Both the position numbers and the translations under genes were made by a program. 64,000 bases of DNA. Origin: the human T2T-CHM13v2.0 reference genome, Homo sapiens. Below, piece after piece: positions 1 to 15,059 of this stretch (positions within the stretch are counted from its first letter, which is position 1; the number at the start of each line of letters is the position of its first letter). The stretch lies in the NCBI RefSeq assembly GCF_009914755.1, contig NC_060936.1; one strand, written 5' to 3'. Below the pieces are notes generated by a model. It saw only the letters and a program-made list of their open reading frames with translations. It did not search any database and was not told where the DNA came from.

Positions 1-237
1 TGGGCCCCCTATTCTGTTCCATTTGTCTATGTGTCTGTTTTTATGCCCCAGTACCACCTTGTTTTGGCTACTATAGCTTTGTAGTGTATTTTTAAGTCTG
101 GTAGTGTAATGCCTCCAGCTTTGTTCTTTTTGCTCAGGATTTCTTTGGCTATTTGAAATCTCTTGTAGTTCACTATAAATTTTAGGATTCTTTTTTTACT
201 TTCTGTGAAGAATGTCTTTAATATTTCGATAGGGACT
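1..237 (-). mobile_element. L1 ORF2 C-terminal-region fragment (runs off window start)
   Basis: Minus-strand ORF 27..260 contains [28 protein letters not shown], a recognisable L1 ORF2 motif. Confidence 0.9.
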
Positions 238-409
238 TGAGTTCTTAGCCACTCCAGCATACTGTCCTTTCCCAGAATGTATTAGGAGAGCAAATGTACC
301 CAAATATATTAAATACATGTAGGAAATTAAAAACTTCAAAATTTAGATGGTACTCTCTGACTTAGTTAATTTAAAGAAGAGAAGGGGTGGACAGAGGAAA
401 AAAGGGAGA

Positions 410-491
410 AGAAGGAGAGTAAAATGCTATAAAAATGATTTTATTTTAGGAGAAGGGGAGTAAAATGCTATAAAGATGATTTTATTTTAGG
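410..491. repeat. 41-bp tandem duplication, 2 copies
   Basis: agaaggagagtaaaatgctataaaaatgattttattttagg (410-450) repeated at 451-491 with 2 mismatches. Confidence 0.95.
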
Positions 492-956
492 AAAAGCAGA
501 ATTGAAGTGCATTTTTCATTTGCATTATGTAACATGAAACCTTCCTTCTTATTCTGAAATGGGCATCCTTTTGCTCTGGGGAAGATTAGAACCATTTCAG
601 CAGGAATACTAAGAGGAAGTTGGAATAAATATTGTCTCTAAGATTTAGAGTAGGGTATTTTAGATTCCTCAGCAAGACAGAAGTTTTGAAAGCAGGACTT
701 TGCAATGAGCAACGAACTTACTTCTAAACTCTCTTAGTGACCCTTAATATTAAAAAGCAGGCCTAGACTCCCAGATCGTGGAGTTTCTTCTAGAGCATAG
801 TGAGGATGACTCTTACCATTTAGACTGAGCTGTGAGGTTTAGTGCCCTTAGGAAAAAGAACATCATGCCTTAGAGAAAGTCCATCCCAGAGATTTGAATA
901 AGGGGAAAGCCTGCTCTTCCAAAGCTAGTAACATATAAAAGAAAAATGAAAATTGT

Positions 957-1308
<352 letters not shown>

Positions 1309-1452
1309 CTAAATCTACATTCTGGCATCAATTTCTTCCTCTTAGGCTAAAATTTTGACTAGGGGAGAACATGATAAATTCATTTTGATGTGTAAGTTCT
1401 TTCTTAAGGCAGCTGTATTGGTGGACTATTTTCCCAGGCCAACCCAAGAGAG

Positions 1453-1821
1453 TGCTATAGACTGGATGTTAGCGCTTCCTCCCAACAAATTAATATGTTG
1501 AAACCTAGTCCCCATTGTAATGGTACTTGGAGGCAGGGCCTTTGGAAAGTAATTAGGTCATGAGAGCAGAGCCTTCATAATTGGATTAATGCCCTTGGGA
1601 AAGAGTCCCAAGAGAGCTACCTTGTCCCTCTCACCAAGTGAGAACAGAGTGGAGAAGGTACCATCTATGTACCAGGAAATAGACCCTCACCAGATACCTA
1701 ATCTGTGGGTATCTTGACCTTGGACTTGCCAGTCTCCAGAGCTGGGAGAAATAAATTTTTGTTGCTTATAAGCTACCAAGTCTATGGTTTTCTGTTATAG
1801 CAGCTCCAGCAGACTAACACA
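1453..1821 (+). mobile_element. MaLR solo LTR (MLT1A-like)
   Basis: TG...CA termini (tgctatag...ctaacaca), aataaa at ~1750, 5-bp TSD GAGAG/GGGAG. Confidence 0.85.
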
Positions 1822-2599
1822 GGGAGGTTGCAGGTTTTTAGATAGAGCCCAGCTTGTGGCATGGGACTGCCTGTGTCCAGTATGGTATAGAACAATAGTG
1901 CTATATTGATAAAGGGAGGCAACTCAATACATAAGCTTGAAAAAGTTTTTCTCCTTCCTGGTGGCTTAAGTAGTTGTTCACAGACTTTACATATTCCCAT
2001 GTGACCTGACGAAGCAATATAGGAAGTGCTGAGAGCATGGTAGATTAGCTAAGTCCTGAGGTTGGAACAATGAAGCTGTACAATGCAGCGAGTTTGCTTC
2101 TTGATGTTGCAAGTCCAATATTTGAATACAAGTTCTGGTAAGTTACAGGCCAGAAAAAACCAGCCATATCTCAGGTGATTATAATCTAGAAATAAGAACA
2201 GATGAGCAACTTCATGGCAGAAACCAGTGAAGACCTTCTGATAGTCTGCAGATCAGAGGTCCCTCACAAAGTTACTACCAAATTGTGAGCTGTCACTCTC
2301 TCATACAAAGATGGCATCTTGAGGATGAGCAAGGAGAAGGAAAGCAAAACCTAGAAAGCTGAGCAATTATCTGAAATATTGTGAGTCATTCAAAAGAGAT
2401 TATTCAAATGGAAACATTGAGACACCATTATTTGGTAAATTTAAAATCTGTCACCTCATCTCTCACTGGAGTTAGGGTTCATGATGGAGATACGAAATCT
2501 GATCACAGCTATAGAAAAGCAAAAAGTTTCTCTTTCTTTTTCTTTGTCCAATTCACTCTCTATGTATGGTGAATGGATGACCCATTCCACCTGTGAGGG

Positions 2600-2919
2600 T
2601 TTTTATTATTTATTTATTTATTTATTTATTTTGACAGGGTCTCACTTGGTCCTCCAGGATAGAGTGCAGTGGGGTCATCTTGGCTCACTGCAGCCTCAAC
2701 CTCCTGGGCTCAAGTGATAGATATGCCCACCTTAGCCTTCCCAGTAGCTGTGACCACAGGCATGTACCACCACACCCAGCTAATTTTTTTGTATTTTTCT
2801 GTAGAGACAGGGTTTCACCGTGTTGCCCACGCTGGCCTTGAACTCCTGGGTTCAAACGATCTGCCCACCTCAGTATCTCAAAGTATTGGGATTACATATG
2901 TGAGCCACTGTGCCTGGCC
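2600..2919 (-). mobile_element. Alu, AluJ-type with (TTTA)n tail
   Basis: Antisense Alu consensus ending gagccactgtgcctggcc. Confidence 0.92.
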
Positions 2920-2993
2920 CCACCACTGAGTTTTTATTCAAATGTTACCCTTTCTCTCTCTCTCTTTCTGTCTCTCTCTCTCTCTTTTTAAAG

Positions 2994-3142
2994 AGTTGGG
3001 GCATGCACCACCATGCCTGGCTAAGTCTTTACTTATTATTAATTGAGACAGGGGTCTTGCTATGCTGCTCAGGCTGGTCTCAAACTCCTGGTCTCAAATG
3101 ATCCTGCCACCTCAGCCTCCCAAAGTGTTGAGATTACTGGTG
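2994..3142 (-). mobile_element. Partial Alu (mainly left monomer)
   Basis: gcaccaccatgcctggctaa...gcctcccaaagtgttgagattac. Confidence 0.85.
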
Positions 3143-3237
3143 CTGGCTCCTATGCTGTTTTATAGGTCAGGTTGTCCCAGCTCCAGTTTTGTAAAAATGC
3201 TTTTTGTATTTTGGCCTTGATGGTAAAAATATAGACT

Positions 3238-4300
<1,063 letters not shown>

Positions 4301-4409
4301 TAATTTTCAGCATTTTCAGTGCTAAAGATCACCTTTCATTTCAGTCCTGACAGCCTGGGGAATGCCATAAATCAGACTCATCTACTCAGGACCTAAAATA
4401 TCACACACT

Positions 4410-4548
4410 TCTTTATTTTTTTATTTTTTGTAGAAAGGAAGTCTTGCCATGTTGTCCAGATTGGTCCCAAATTCCTGGGCTCAAGCGATCAGCCACCTCG
4501 GCCTCCCAAAGTATTGGGATTACAGGCATGAGCCACTGCCCGCAGCCA
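4410..4548 (-). mobile_element. Alu left monomer / FLAM
   Basis: T-rich tail followed by a single antisense monomer. Confidence 0.85.
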
Positions 4549-5736
4549 GGTTTTTGGTATGTATTAACTAAAAATACAGATTTCATTAGACATAAGAAAA
4601 GAGAATTGGGTAAATTATTTTATGAGAAAAGTTGAAATAAAAGAATAAAACATGCATGAAGAACTTTTTGCCAAACTATACCTTATTGCTAGTAACTCAA
4701 TGAAGACAGTGTCTCAGGCTATCAGCAATTATAATTTTAGTTTTATAGAACATCAAAATCATATAACAGCCTCAGAACGTGGATTAATACATGGTTCAAC
4801 ATTAAATCCTGTCTTCAATGATGACACTTACATGCCATCAGATGATATTAAACTATAAACTTTGAGAACTCCTTTCTCATTTTTCTCTAAAGTTATTTAT
4901 CTAGCTAAAGGGAACCACTATTTCCATTGTTAAAGAAAGAAAATAAATGAGATTTCCTCTAATAAAAAAGTCCATTCTTATTCTAAATCCTAGCCAAGGA
5001 GCCCCACGAATAATGCCAAAAGACAGCTTTCCGTTTCATCTTTCACCTGCATGCTAAGTTTTCATAGATTTAACTGTAACCATTAACTGTTTCCTATCAC
5101 CAGCTTTTTATCAGAAAAATCCATAGTTAGAAACATTGGAAAATCATTTCAAGGAGTGGTTCTATGGGCAAGCAAGAAGTAAGTTTTTCTATTTTGAAAT
5201 AGCTAAAATGTCTTTGTAGAAAATTACACAGAAATAATCATATATCATACAGCACACCAAGAGATGTAGTTATGTGCCAAGACGTGGAATTATGAAATCA
5301 GAGCTTGAAGAGAATAAAAACGGCCAAGACAACTGCGGTAAACAGCAACAGTGCATTTTACTTTTATATTTCCCACAATGCCTCCATCATGGAGTTTCCT
5401 GACAATAGAGCAAGGTTACCCTACAGGGACAAAGTAAGAAAGAAAGAATTCCCAAGGACCAATTAGAAGGCCAGAGTATGCCATGGGTAGGTCTCCTTGA
5501 ACAAGGGATTAAACAGAATGGAAGTGCAAATACATATTCAAATCCAACACGACAGATGGTGAAACATTTGTGGGCAACATACAATGTGCACCCCTCTTCT
5601 AGAGATGCTGCCCAAGGTTGAATGAGAAGTTTTCTGGAGGCTGGTTAGCAAAGGATTTAGATTTAGATTCAAATTATACTCATGCACAAATCTGCTTGTT
5701 ATTTCTTGTGAGACTTGAGAAAATGTGACCTGCACG

Positions 5737-5950
5737 TTCATTCAATTGTCAAATCTTTTTTGGGCACCCCTTCTGTGCCAGGCTTTGGACTAAGTGCTCG
5801 AAATTTAGTGATAAACAAAGGAACAGGTCCCTGATCTCAGGAAATTCACAGTAGAGATATTAATTATTATTAATTAATTATTCTGGTAAGTGATAAAGGA
5901 AAGATTCATGTGCTATGAGAATTTGTAAAAGGGGACATCCACTAGCCTGG
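5737..5950 (-). mobile_element. L2 3' fragment
   Basis: ttcattcaa...tgtgccaggc...aagtgct...gtccctgatctcagg pattern. Confidence 0.7.
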
Positions 5951-5959
5951 GGTACAGCA

Positions 5960-6415
5960 CAGCTCTGTCCCTCAATTCCTTTATTGAAAATATGGAAAAC
6001 AGAACAGGCAGGGTGGCTCATGTCTGTAATCCCAGCACTTTGGGAGGCTGAGGCGGGCAGATTGCTTGAGTCCAGGAGTTTGAGACCAGCCTGGCCAACA
6101 TGGTGAAAACCCATCTTGACAAAAATACAACAACAACAAAAAAATTAGCTGGGCATGGTGGCATATGCCTGTAGTACCAGCTACTTGGGGGGCTGAAGTG
6201 GGAGGATCACTTTAGCCTGGGAGGCGGAGGTTGCAGTGAGCCAAGATCACACCATTGCACTCCAGCCTGGACAACAGAGCAAGACCCTGTCTCAAACAAA
6301 ACAAAACAAAACAAAACAAAACAAACAAAACAGAGGAAGTGATATTTCTTGTTTCACATCATTGTTGTAGGGATAAAATTAATGAATATATGAGAATATG
6401 TTATATAAAAGTTAA
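5960..6415 (+). mobile_element. MIR split by an Alu
   Basis: ctctgtccctcaattcct before and ttgttgtagggataaaatta after the Alu. Confidence 0.55.
6005..6330 (+). mobile_element. Alu (old S or Jb type) with (CAAAA)n tail
   Basis: Full dimer; TSD-like aaaacaga. Confidence 0.93.
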
Positions 6416-7209
6416 AAACGACATATGTTTTAAAATGTTGTCACGATGATTTCTAGGATATGCTAATATCCCTGATAATTTGCTATAAATCAGTCTTTAC
6501 TGCATACACCAGTAATCTGTACAGACTTCAGTTACTTAGTTACGTTCTAGATACTAAATCCTCAGTAGGTGGCTGGTAATGGCTGACAGGCTTTCCAGCC
6601 AGATGGGAGATCCTACATAGAAATGAGTTGGGATAAAAAAGCAAAAATAACATTTTCTTCACCATACCTGTAGTCATGATGCCTAAAAAAAACCCCAACC
6701 TGCATTTTATAAGCTTCAGTATTTTCATATCATCTCACTATATTTCATGTCATCCAATAGCATGCTTATATCGTCCAACAATATTTTTAGCTTTTTAACA
6801 AGATAGTTTTGCTATCTGATTTGACCTTTTTATTTGACGTATATATATTTTTAAGAAACAACTGTCAGGTGAAATATTTTGATTATACATTTTGAATCCA
6901 TGATTTAAGTATGTCTGACAGTCATAAATGTCCCAGAAGGCAATGAGATTCATGTCCCAAATTTTATAGCTTTATGTTTAAATTCTGCAGCCAAACTAAG
7001 TATTTCTTTTTTTCCTGAAGATAATTAAATATTATTATAGTGGCTGTTTCTGCCTGAAACAATTTCTTTGACTTGACATTTATTACTATATTTTCAGCCA
7101 GGGAAACACAGCGTTCAACTTTCCAAAGTCCAGATTTCCACACATGTACTATATTATTTTCATCTCAAAATAAAGGAAACTACTTGTACCTTGAAAAAGA
7201 AGAGGCTCA

Positions 7210-7525
<316 letters not shown>

Positions 7526-7826
7526 TCAAATTGTAGGATCCTTTTTTTTTTTCCACTACCATAAGGCGTTCTGATTAAATCTACCTTAGTTACAGGGTCT
7601 GGTTTATGGATGGAGACAATAGGTAGCATAGTAGCTGAAAAAGAGAGAGAGAGAGACAAAGTTTATATTAACATTTAGTGGTTTTATTGCAACAATCTTC
7701 CACTGAGTTTATAAAACAAAGCTCTTTGCCTAAGCTCTTTTACGTAACTATCTATAGTTATAGTTTTATCAAAGACTTCTTTCTTGGGTTTGTATTGGGG
7801 TTTTTTGTTTATTTTGTTTGCCTGTT

Positions 7827-7974
7827 TATATATCTCTATATATATATTTTTAATTATACTTTAAGTTCTAGGGTACATGTGCACAACGTGCAGGTTTGTT
7901 ACATATGTATACATGTGCCATGTTGGTGTGCTGCACCCATTAACTCATCATTTACATTAGGTATATCTCCTAAT
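7827..7974 (-). mobile_element. Severely 5'-truncated L1PA4/PA5-like 3' end
   Basis: Reverse complement reads attaggagatatacctaatgtaaatga..cacgttgtgcacatgtaccctagaacttaaagtataat; TSD ttgcctgtt at 7818-7826 and 7974-7982. Confidence 0.92.
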
Positions 7975-9022
7975 TGCCTGTTGTTTTTAATGCATATACC
8001 TAATCCCACATTTCTTGATGTCATTTTGCAAAGGAAAAGTTTGAATTTTCTGAGACTTTCTTTTTGAGAGAACACAGTAGCAACATTTAATCTCATCTTT
8101 GGATCCCAATCCAGCCACTGGTATGCTTTGATACCAAGTAGGAAAAGGAAGTGCTTAAAAATGTAAAAGGCTCTCCCTCCCTTTGTTTATTTACTCCTTT
8201 TCTCTATTTTTATTCTGGCATGCTCTGTCTCAGTGACTCAGGGGAAGGATGATGTCAAGCTGTTGTCAAGCCAATTGCATGGAAAGAGAAGAATTAACGT
8301 GTTCTCCCTTCAAAATGATGGATTCCATGGCTCCACATTCATCATCTGGCTCATGATTACCAACTCTTTGCAGTCCATTGCAGGGTGACCTCGTTAGCAC
8401 TATCTGTGCACTTTCTGTGATAGCGGGCTGCCTGGAGGCCCTGCATGTGTGGTTCGGGTTAATGAGGGTCTGAGTCATCAAGTTAGAAACTCACCTTTCC
8501 AGCCATCAGATCCAGAAATGCTAGAAAAAGGCACAGGGCTCATAATCAGACATGCCATGTTGACGAAAGAGTAATGTCTCATCCTGGTGAGATCGTCCAC
8601 AGGACCTGTGCTGAATAATTGTCAGGCAGCCATGAGACCACAGTAAGCTCCCATACTATCTAGAGGTCAATTTATCATCCAAGATGGCCTGCTTTGCAGA
8701 TTGCTGCATGCATACCCTCTGCAGCACCAGGTAGCAGGCAGCAGGAGAGGTAGCCCCACAATAACACAGCATGTGTCCCTAGAGCATCTTCTTATTGAAA
8801 TGGGAGATTTAAAACCTTTTAAAGAAAACTAATGGTCCTGTTTGCTGTCTAAGGATAAAGACGAGTACATTTTAATGGTGAAATAAAGAAACTTCAAATA
8901 AATTTTTCACTTGAAGCTGGCCTTCTGAGTCCCTCTCTCAAACCTGCCCCCATCTCACAGTTTCCCACTCCCCTGCTGCTCAGGATACTTCAGTGGGAAA
9001 GTTTAAACAAAACACACTAAGA

Positions 9023-9097
9023 CAGTGTTTTCCAAACAGTGGGTCATGACCCATTAGTGGACTGTGAAAATAAATTTAGTGGATCACAACCAACATT
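9023..9097. mobile_element. hAT-Charlie terminal fragment (Charlie4-like)
   Basis: cagtgttttccaaacagtgggtcatgacccattagtgg...aatttagtgg resembles a Charlie end. Confidence 0.65.
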
Positions 9098-9120
9098 AAA
9101 AAATAAAAAAAAGAAATAGG

Positions 9121-9300
9121 AGCTGGGTGCAGTGGTGTGTGCCTGTAGTCTCAGGTACTTGGGAGGCTGAGTGGGGAGGATTGCTTGAGTCTAGAAGTTC
9201 GAGGCTGCAATGATCTATGATGGTGCTTGTGAATAGCCACGGAGTCTAGCCTGGGCAACATAGCAAGACCCTGTATCTAAAAAAAAAATAAAAATAAGAA
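9121..9300 (+). mobile_element. Free Alu monomer (FRAM/FAM-like)
   Basis: Single monomer with gtgaatagccac motif and A tail. Confidence 0.85.
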
Positions 9301-9623
9301 AAGAAATAAAATAGAACATCTGGATTGCAATGAAATGCATTCTTTATTGGATATAGTGATAAAAACTCTTTCAAAGCTGTTGCCCTAAGTGATAAATTTT
9401 GGTAACTTCTTCCTATATAAAATAATTATTTAAAAAATCCTGAAAATGAATAAAACAAATGTTTTATGATGATTGATACTAGCCATATCTGGTGATTAGC
9501 AGGAGTAATAAGGAATAACATGCTCACTCCAACGCTCATAAGCCTTATCACCTAGATATTTTTTCTTGAAGCAATCTCCACATTCTCCATAGTGGAGACT
9601 ATAACTGATTCAGGGTATGGTGG

Positions 9624-9626
<3 letters not shown>

Positions 9627-9672
<46 letters not shown>
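9627..9672. repeat. (GT)23 microsatellite
   Basis: 46 bp of pure GT. Confidence 0.98.
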
Positions 9673-9676
<4 letters not shown>

Positions 9677-10283
9677 TTGCATGTGAGTATGTAATCTGGC
9701 TCCTGTGGAAAGAAAACACATTGCTGGAAGATGAAATCACTGGACATAATTCTTTATTTCAAGCCTTTTCAGTTACACAGCTTCTTTTAAAAGTTTGACA
9801 TGCAAAATTGTTAAATATCAAAATGCAAATCATGTAATTTCTCTTCCAGATGTCCTGCTTAGCTGCATATTTTTTCAGCCTGTGTATGTAACCCCAATGC
9901 TCAGTAACATAGCTTTCTGTTCAAATCATCTGTTTCTATGACCTTTGCCTTTATTGATTCGTTTTCTTTTTTCCTATTTTCAATGTTGCCTTTGAGATTA
10001 AAGTCATTTTTCTTCTGCAATAGTAAGTGAACAGTGACTTTGCTACTAGGAAATAAATTTTTTGATAAGGAAAAAAACGATTGGTAGCTCCGTAAAGTGT
10101 TTTATTGTCGTTGTTTTTGCTGTTGTTAATGAACCTACTCAGAGAGCAATGAGATGTAAACACTGTCTCCCTCTCGCATAAAAACAAAGGTTATATAGCT
10201 AGAACCCAAAATGATCTAAAGAATAGCTAAAATGTATTGAGCACTTATTATGTGCCTAGAAATTTGCTCAGCTCTTTAGAGGT

Positions 10284-10691
10284 TTAGAGCGGTTTGGATG
10301 TCCTGCTCAAATCTCATGTTGAAATGTAATTCCCAGTGTTGGAGGTGGGGTCTGGTGGGAGGTGATAGGATCATGGGGGTGGATTTCTTATGAATGGTTT
10401 AGCACCATCTCCCTGGTGTTGTCCCTGTGATAGTGAGTGAGCTCTCACCAGATCTGATCATTTTAGAATGTGTGGCGCCTCCCCTCTCTCTCTTGATCCT
10501 GCTTTCTTCATGGAGTGTCTGCTCCTGTTTCGCCTTCCACCATGAGTAAAAACTGCCTGAGGCCTCCTCAGAAGCAGGTGCAGCTATGCTTCCTGTACAG
10601 CCTGCAGAACCATGAGCCAATTGAACTTCTTTTCTTATAAATCACCCAGTCTCAGGCATTTCTGTATAGCAAAGTAAGAACACCTAATACA
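10284..10691 (+). mobile_element. MaLR solo LTR (MSTA/MSTB-like)
   Basis: caaatctcatgttgaaatgtaattcccagtgttggaggtgggg...ctaataca; perfect 5-bp TSD GAGGT (10279-10283, 10692-10696). Confidence 0.9.
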
Positions 10692-10814
10692 GAGGTATTA
10701 TCTCATTTAGTCCTCACGGCAACTTTAAACAAGAGGCTTTATTATTATCCTCACTTTTCTGAAGCTAAAACTGACTCAGAAATGTTAAGTAGTTTGCCTA
10801 AAATGCCTTAAGTA

Positions 10815-11128
<314 letters not shown>

Positions 11129-11304
11129 AAAATGCCTTAAGTAATGGATCAAGGATTCCAGAGAGGTGGCCTAACTCCCCTGGCGTTGTTTCCAAACACT
11201 GACTTCTTGCTAAGACTCTTAAATCACCACACTCTGCTATTATACACTCTGCCTTCTTTACAAAATAAAAAAAAAAATTGCAAACAGCAGGTAATATTTC
11301 TCAT

Positions 11305-11398
11305 ATTTATTCACACATTTACTCACTCAATCAACAAATATTTATTGACTATCTGCCACATGTGAGGATCTAAGCTAGGTGCTAGGAATACACTGATC
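11305..11398 (-). mobile_element. L2 3' end
   Basis: tcaacaaatatttattgact...gctaggtgctaggaatac. Confidence 0.7.
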
Positions 11399-11854
11399 AA
11401 TTGAGTCAGAGATAATAAATCCATAGTGCAAAGTAAAATACGTAAAAATGTATGTTTCACAGGCTCAGTTCCAATCATAGTTCTCTGTGAACTATGTAAG
11501 TGCTTGGGAAAGGAATGAGGAAAAGAGGAACATTCTGTAAAGTCAATTTTAGGAGCTTTAATAGCAGTACTTCAAGAGTGTATCACAAATTAATTTTGCA
11601 GCCAGTATCCACTTATTTCTAAATATTGTTCCTAAAAAGAACGATGAATGCAATCAAATTTTAAAGACTATTTGCTTAGCTTCATTATTATACTAAAGTG
11701 GCTAATAAACTAGCCAGTTTTTAAGTACTGTCTCATTCCAATGTTTGGGGAAGCTTGGAATTTAGTAGTAGCTACAGCTGTAGCAGCAGAAGAGTCCATG
11801 GTATTTAGGAGGAAAGGGACTTTGGTGAGCTTGCATTATCATTTTGCTAAGTAG

Positions 11855-12127
<273 letters not shown>

Positions 12128-12164
12128 TAAACCATCAACACAAGAAGGCTTCAGCAAAGTTCAT

Positions 12165-12800
12165 TTGGTGCAAGGTGTAAGGAGCAGAGAGTGTGTGGCC
12201 TCCAGTGTTAGCAGGCTTGGGGTCAAAGCCAGCCCTGTGTCCTCTTTAATGGCTGTGTGACTTCCAGCAAGTTGTCCAACCTATTTTAAATTTTTAAGCT
12301 CTTATAAAATATTTCAGCCACACAGAAATGATATAGGTGATATAGAGAATGATGTAATGATTACTCATATATTCAATTCCTAGCCTAAAAATAAAACACA
12401 CAAATAGAGCAGAAGCCCATATGTATATTTTGGTTTGACCTCATTTACCTTCATCAGAAAAGAACCATCCTGAATTTGACATTTGTCACTTCTGCCCATA
12501 TCCTTAAACATTTACTACATATGTATTTTTGCCTAGGTAGTATGTACCACCATTTGGCATGTTTTGCAAAAAGTACATGAATTGTATTATATTGTTAATA
12601 TCCTCTGTCACATTTTTCACTCAACATTCTGTTTGGGAGATTTATTCATCATATGATGCCTTTGAGTTTTAGTTTCTTCATCTGTAAAATGAATACAGTA
12701 GACACATTGCATAAGGTTGCTGTGAAGATCTTAAACAAAATAATAGAATGTGCATGGCACAGTATTTGGGACATTTGTAGATGCTTCAGAGAATGTCATC
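12165..12800 (+). mobile_element. MIR split by an antisense old L1 (L1ME-like, ~12290-12652)
   Basis: gctgtgtgacttccagcaagtt...aacct continues as gcctttgagttttagtttcttcatctgtaaaatg after an L1M-like 3'UTR block. Confidence 0.7.
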
Positions 12801-14069
12801 CTCTTTCCATACCTAGTGAAATAATGTTCTGCATCTGGCATCTGAGAGGCAGCAGCCACTTGGCTTGCTCAACTGTAATGTTCAAATTACAATTTGCCAC
12901 TAAACATTCCCATTGGTATAAAAATGGCCCCACACAGCAAAGGCGAGCTGATTATAGGCATTAGCATCTAATGTTCCCTGAGAGGACTCCGCCTAAGTAT
13001 GCTGCTTTACATAGCTATAGTCATAATTTCCCTCTGGTTCTTCAAAATCAGAGTTAGATTTCTGAATATGGAAAATATAAGAGTAATGCTCAAATGCATT
13101 CCACACATGGAATACTCTGAAAATTCTATGTTAATCATCTCTGAAGACATTACACAAGCATAAGCAAATGGCACTGTAATTTAATATGCTCCACTTCTAT
13201 TTTTTCCTCAGCCTATTCTTTCCACACACTTGTATATAATTCCCTATTTTTGTTATTTTGTATTTAATTGCCTCTGCTAAAGCAAACATATTGCAGAATT
13301 GCCAATTATCTTATAAATATGTATTGCTTTCATTGAGAGGGTTTTCGTTTTTCTGGAATTCCAACAAATTTCAATCAATCATTTATACTACAAAAATCTA
13401 GTAGTTTAGAAATCTTTTAAAAATTTGCCTGAGTTTTAGGTTTCTTATAACGTTTGGTCTAATGTTGGCTGAAGGCATGTCTCTATAATATCAAAACACA
13501 TGGTAATTCAATCATTTCAGTAAAATTTACTGTCAATTTGTTAAAGGGGAAAAATCAAACTGATAGCTTTGTACAGGGTAAACAACTGATTTATTAATTA
13601 AATCTTTTACTTTTCTCCAGTTATTTATTTGTTGTATAAACGTAGGCACAGTTGTAGAGAACACAGACATCTGCTTGCAGTAAAAAACATTAAAAAAGGG
13701 AAATTCTCACTATCTTAATGCAGTAAAATGTGCGGAATCACATACTAACAGTAATCATTTGGTGGGAGGAATGGAGCTTATACTCCAAAGGTTTATTATT
13801 TTTCAACTGAACTTGACTTCCACATAAAAGCCAGCACCAAGCCCTAAATGTGAAATACAGTGGATGGCAGTTGTGTATAAATCTGATTAAAAACGTTATT
13901 TGAGAATCCTACTTCCACCAGCTGATTTAAGAAGATGAGCTTGGTCATTTGATAAAAAAGAACTAGATTTCTAAACTCTCTCTCTCTATATATACCTACA
14001 TATATATATGTATATATGCAGAGGACCTAATTGTTACAAAGGTAATGCCTAAAGGATCACTTGGTAGTG

Positions 14070-14389
14070 TTTTTTGTTTTGTTTTGTTTTTTGTTTTTTG
14101 TTTTTTTTGAGACGGAGGCTCGCTGTGTCGCCCAGGCTGGAGTGCATTGGCGCGACCTCGGCTCACTGCAAGCTCCGCCTCCCGGGTTCACGCCATTCTC
14201 CTGCCTCAGCCTTCTGAGTAACTGGGACTACAGGCGCCCACCACCACGCCCAGCTAATTGTATTTTTTGTAGAGACGGGGTTTCACCATGTTAGCCATGA
14301 TGGTCTCGATCTCCTGACGTCGTGATCCACCTTCCTCGGACTCCCAAAGTGCTGGGATTACAGGCGTGAGTCACCCACCACGCCCAGTC
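14070..14389 (-). mobile_element. AluY-like
   Basis: gcaagctccgcctcccgggttcacgccattctc diagnostic; TSD-like gtagtg. Confidence 0.93.
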
Positions 14390-14659
14390 AGTAGTGCTTT
14401 TCTTGAAAGGAGCTCAGCCCAAGGTAGATTTAGTGGTGATTTTCAAAACATCCATAAAAGATTATTATTCCAGAGCTATTAGTTTGGCATAACTCTTGTT
14501 CCCCTTTTGTAATTACGATCTGGTATGCAATTGCTAAGGAGATGTTAAAAATGTCTATATTATTTACATTGGACATTATTCTTCAGAGGTGGTAAGAGCT
14601 ACCTGCAAGTCATACAATATGTTACCAAAATACTCAGTTGAACTAAATATTTTTGTTTT

Positions 14660-14797
14660 TCAAATGTTTTTCATATTGCTAGAGATGGGATTTCGCCATG
14701 TTGGCCAGGCTTGTCTAGAATTCCTGGCCTCAAGTTATCTGCCCACCTCAGCCTCCCAAAGTGCTGGGATTATAGGTGTGAGCCATTGCGCCCCGCC
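14660..14797 (-). mobile_element. Alu left-monomer fragment
   Basis: agagatgggatttcgccatgttggccagg...gagccattgcgcc. Confidence 0.87.
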
Positions 14798-14889
14798 ATA
14801 ATTGAATTAAATATTTTAAACTGAAGATTCAGTTAACATTGACTCGCTTGGCTCCAAGACCTCCAACAACAGATAGGATGAAATTGCAT

Positions 14890-15059
14890 TGTTGCCCAGG
14901 CTGAAGTACATGGTGCAGTCATCGCTCACTGGAGCCTCGACTTCTTGAGCTCAAGCAATCCTCCCACCTCAACCTCCTGAGTAGGTAGGACCAGAGGCAC
15001 ATGCCACTGTGCCCAGATAATTTTTTTATTTTTATAAAGGCAGAATCTTACTGTGTTGC
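14890..15059 (-). mobile_element. AluJ internal fragment, truncated at both ends
   Basis: Starts tgttgcccaggctg with no poly-T tail; stops at ctgtgttgc where the inverted-repeat arm begins. Confidence 0.88.
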
